Part shown: piece after piece, positions 61,630 to 64,000 of the stretch
How positions within the stretch are numbered: position 1 is the stretch's first letter
Layout of the letters: every line of letters starts with the position of its first letter
Source: Squalus acanthias
Taxonomy: Eukaryota
Assembly: GCA_030390025.1 (NCBI GenBank)
Contig: CM059425.1
Span: forward strand, 163,558,001-163,622,000
Direction of reading: 5' to 3'
DNA length: 64,000 nucleotides
Notes under the pieces: generated by a model
Seen by the model: the letters and a program-made list of their open reading frames with translations, nothing else
Database searches by the model: none
Told to the model about the DNA's origin: nothing
Position numbers and translations under genes: made by a program

Positions 61630-61880
61630 GACCAACCAGTGTTTGCAACCTTTATTGATTATAATGCATATAATTTAGTTTGGAGAGAAGGTATGTGGAG
61701 TGTTTTTGAACACTATGGCATACTGCTGAAAAACATGTATAATGGTGTGTGGTGTGTGAAGTACGAAGGAAAGGTCAGTGAATGGTTGAACATCAGGAAT
61801 GGAATCAGATAAGGATATGTCACGTTCCCAACCATGTTTAACATTTTCATGAACTACACCTTGAAAATTATGGAGAACAA
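61630..61880 (+). mobile_element. Old RTE-like LINE RT fragment
   Basis: 'FATFIDY.AY..VWREGMW...YG...GKVSEW..IRNGIR*G....PTMFNIFM'. Confidence 0.6.
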
Positions 61881-62026
61881 CAATAGAATGAGGGAGGAGA
61901 AGAACAAGAAAGTATGGGAGACAAAAGGCTGATGAAAAAGTCTGGCATTCTAGCATAAAAGGATGGAGACCATGAGGAAGGCACCAGGTAGAATCAAATG
62001 ATTTGGGAATATCGAGATGACTATAA

Positions 62027-62540
62027 AAAAAAGACTTGCATTTATATAGCACCTTTCACGACCACCAGATGTCCCAAAGCGCTTTACAACCAATGAAGTA
62101 CTTTTTGAAGTGTAATCACTTTTAATGCAGGAAACACGGCAACCAATTTAAACACAGCAAGCTCCCCCAAACAGCAATGTGATAATGACCAAATAATCTG
62201 TTTTTGTTACTTTATTTGAGGGATAAATATTGGCCAAGACACCAGGGATAACTCCCCTGCTCTTCTTCGAAAAAGTGCCATGGGATCTTTTACATCCACC
62301 TGAGAGAGCAGACTTTCTCCCTGTGCAAACACACGCCAGAGAGAATAGGTGCAGATTGGTGGAGCCAAGGCATTGGTTTAACGTCTCATCCAAAAGACGG
62401 CACCTCTGACAATGCAGCACTTCCTCAGTACTGCACTAGAGTGTTGGCCTAGATTTTTTATGCTCAAGTCTCTGGAGTGGGACTTGAACCCACCACATTC
62501 TGACTCAGAGGCGAGGGTGCTACCAACTGAGCCATGGCTG
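62027..62540 (-). mobile_element. DeuSINE-like tRNA SINE, second copy
   Basis: Colinear with 60675-61125. Confidence 0.8.
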
Positions 62541-62564
62541 AAACTTGAAGCAGAAGTACAAACC

Positions 62565-63320
62565 TACAAACATACGAACACTGACAGACAGGTAAAGACC
62601 CTCTGGGTCCATCGAGCCTGTCCCACACAATTACGATATATGTATCACAATATATACACGCCACTCGAAACCATGTGATTTCCTGGGAGAGGCAAAAATA
62701 GAGATAAAAACCCAGGCCAATTTAGTGAAAAAAAATCAGGGAAATTCCTTTCTGACCCATCTAGGCGATCGAAACTGGTCCAGGAGATCACTCTATCCCT
62801 GAATTCCCTGCAGTACCTACCTTCTGTAAGAGGTGATCTCCGCCCCAGCCAGAAACAGGTCCAGCTCTCGCTTGAAGGAATTCAATGAATTAGCAGCCAC
62901 CGCACGAGACAGCAGCCTGTTCCAGAGGTCCACTATTCTCTGGAAAAAGAACCATCTCCTGACATCTAACCCAGATCTAGCCTTATACAACTTAAATTTG
63001 TGACTCTGGTCCTCCCTAAGCTATTTAATTGAAACAAACTGTCAAATGGAACACAATATATTCCCTTCATTATTTTATAAACCTCAATCAGATCACCTCT
63101 AAGTCTACGCTTCTCTAAAGTGTAGAGTCCCAGCTCTTTTTGCCTGTCTTGATAACTAAGATGCTTTACACTGGGAATTAGTCTAGTGGCCCTCCTCTGC
63201 ACACTCGCCAAAGCCTCAATATCACCCACCATGTGAGGAGACCAAAACTGGACACAGCATTCCAAGTGAGGCCTGACCAAGGTCGTGTACAAGGACAAAA
63301 TAGTATGCCTCGTCTTATAC
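62565..63320 (-). mobile_element. CR1-like LINE 3' end with long 3' UTR
   Basis: ORF 62966..63337 'LYTTLVRPHLECCVQFWSP...LEKRRLRGDLIEVYKI'. Confidence 0.85.
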
Positions 63321-64000
63321 TCCAAGAGAGCACACAAGTAAAGTAAATGGAGAGCTGTTGTGAATAAGGTCTCGTGCTATCATGCAGTGCTAATAAGGTA
63401 AACCAATAACATTTGGGAATAATCCATGGCAAAACACATCACTTTATCCTTCTGCCAAGATCTGCTCATAATCATGATAGCACAAAAAGTAGGCAACCAA
63501 CAAGCAAGACCTATCACTTCAATAAGGACAGGGTAAGTAGTGTCTTGTGGTCAAAGTAAATCCATGCCATTCAGCTGCGCAGTGTATGGCATCCACAAAA
63601 AAAATTCTAGAAAATGTTTTCATAGACTCAGGTAAGCTAGCAGTATTGATATTTCTATCGGACCACTTCTCTCTATCATACAATTTTTAGCCAGTTACCT
63701 GAGATTTAGGCTCCACTCAATCTCTTGCCTTTCAGTACCACGATGTGACTTTCAGAGACCAAAGCACGTAGCTCCACCTCTGTCACCTTCTGCAAGATGG
63801 AGGAAAATGTCATGAATCCTACAACATTCAGTATATCACAGGACATAAACCTTTTATCATCCTGACAGACAAATTTGTTCACCATTTTTCCTGAATATTC
63901 ATGCCCCTAGGGAATACAGAAATATTTTATTGAAATAAAAGGTAATGGAGCCTAGTGTTACCACATAATTGAATAAAAGTTAGAGACTTGCATTTATGTA

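Noticed and set aside
88..63432. Most ORF-track entries (e.g. 9620..10330 +, 51788..52360 +, 52942..53415 +)
   Set aside because: They are antisense or off-frame shadows of LINE and ERV coding sequence, or chance ORFs with no recognisable motif

Overview
Vertebrate genomic DNA, most likely from a shark or other cartilaginous fish (HE1/V-SINE, DeuSINE-like SINEs, abundant CR1 and L2). Two host genes lie tail-to-tail, as at human 5q15: the last four coding exons of RHOBTB3 (+ strand, ending in a CTIM CAAX box) and glutaredoxin-1 GLRX (- strand, CPYC active site, 105 aa, ~16.4 kb intron 1). Most of the rest is nested transposable elements. Highlights: (1) a ~10 kb decayed provirus (45280-55333, - strand) with paired ~1 kb LTRs, a 4-bp TSD, an in-frame gag-UGA-CUAG-pro junction, YVDD RT, dual RNase H and integrase, plus an env that reconstructs as signal peptide + Ig-like domain(s) + furin-cleaved F-like fusion protein, most like a lokiretrovirus; (2) two Penelope-like families inserted as inverted repeats with 12-14 bp TSDs, carrying covarying minimal hammerhead ribozyme motifs, including a non-coding fold-back mini element inside the provirus; (3) an ORF1-less LINE with a tRNA-derived Pol III head, together with a short derivative sharing head and tail. 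All calls were made by eye, without database searches, and repeat boundaries are approximate unless a TSD or TIR is quoted.
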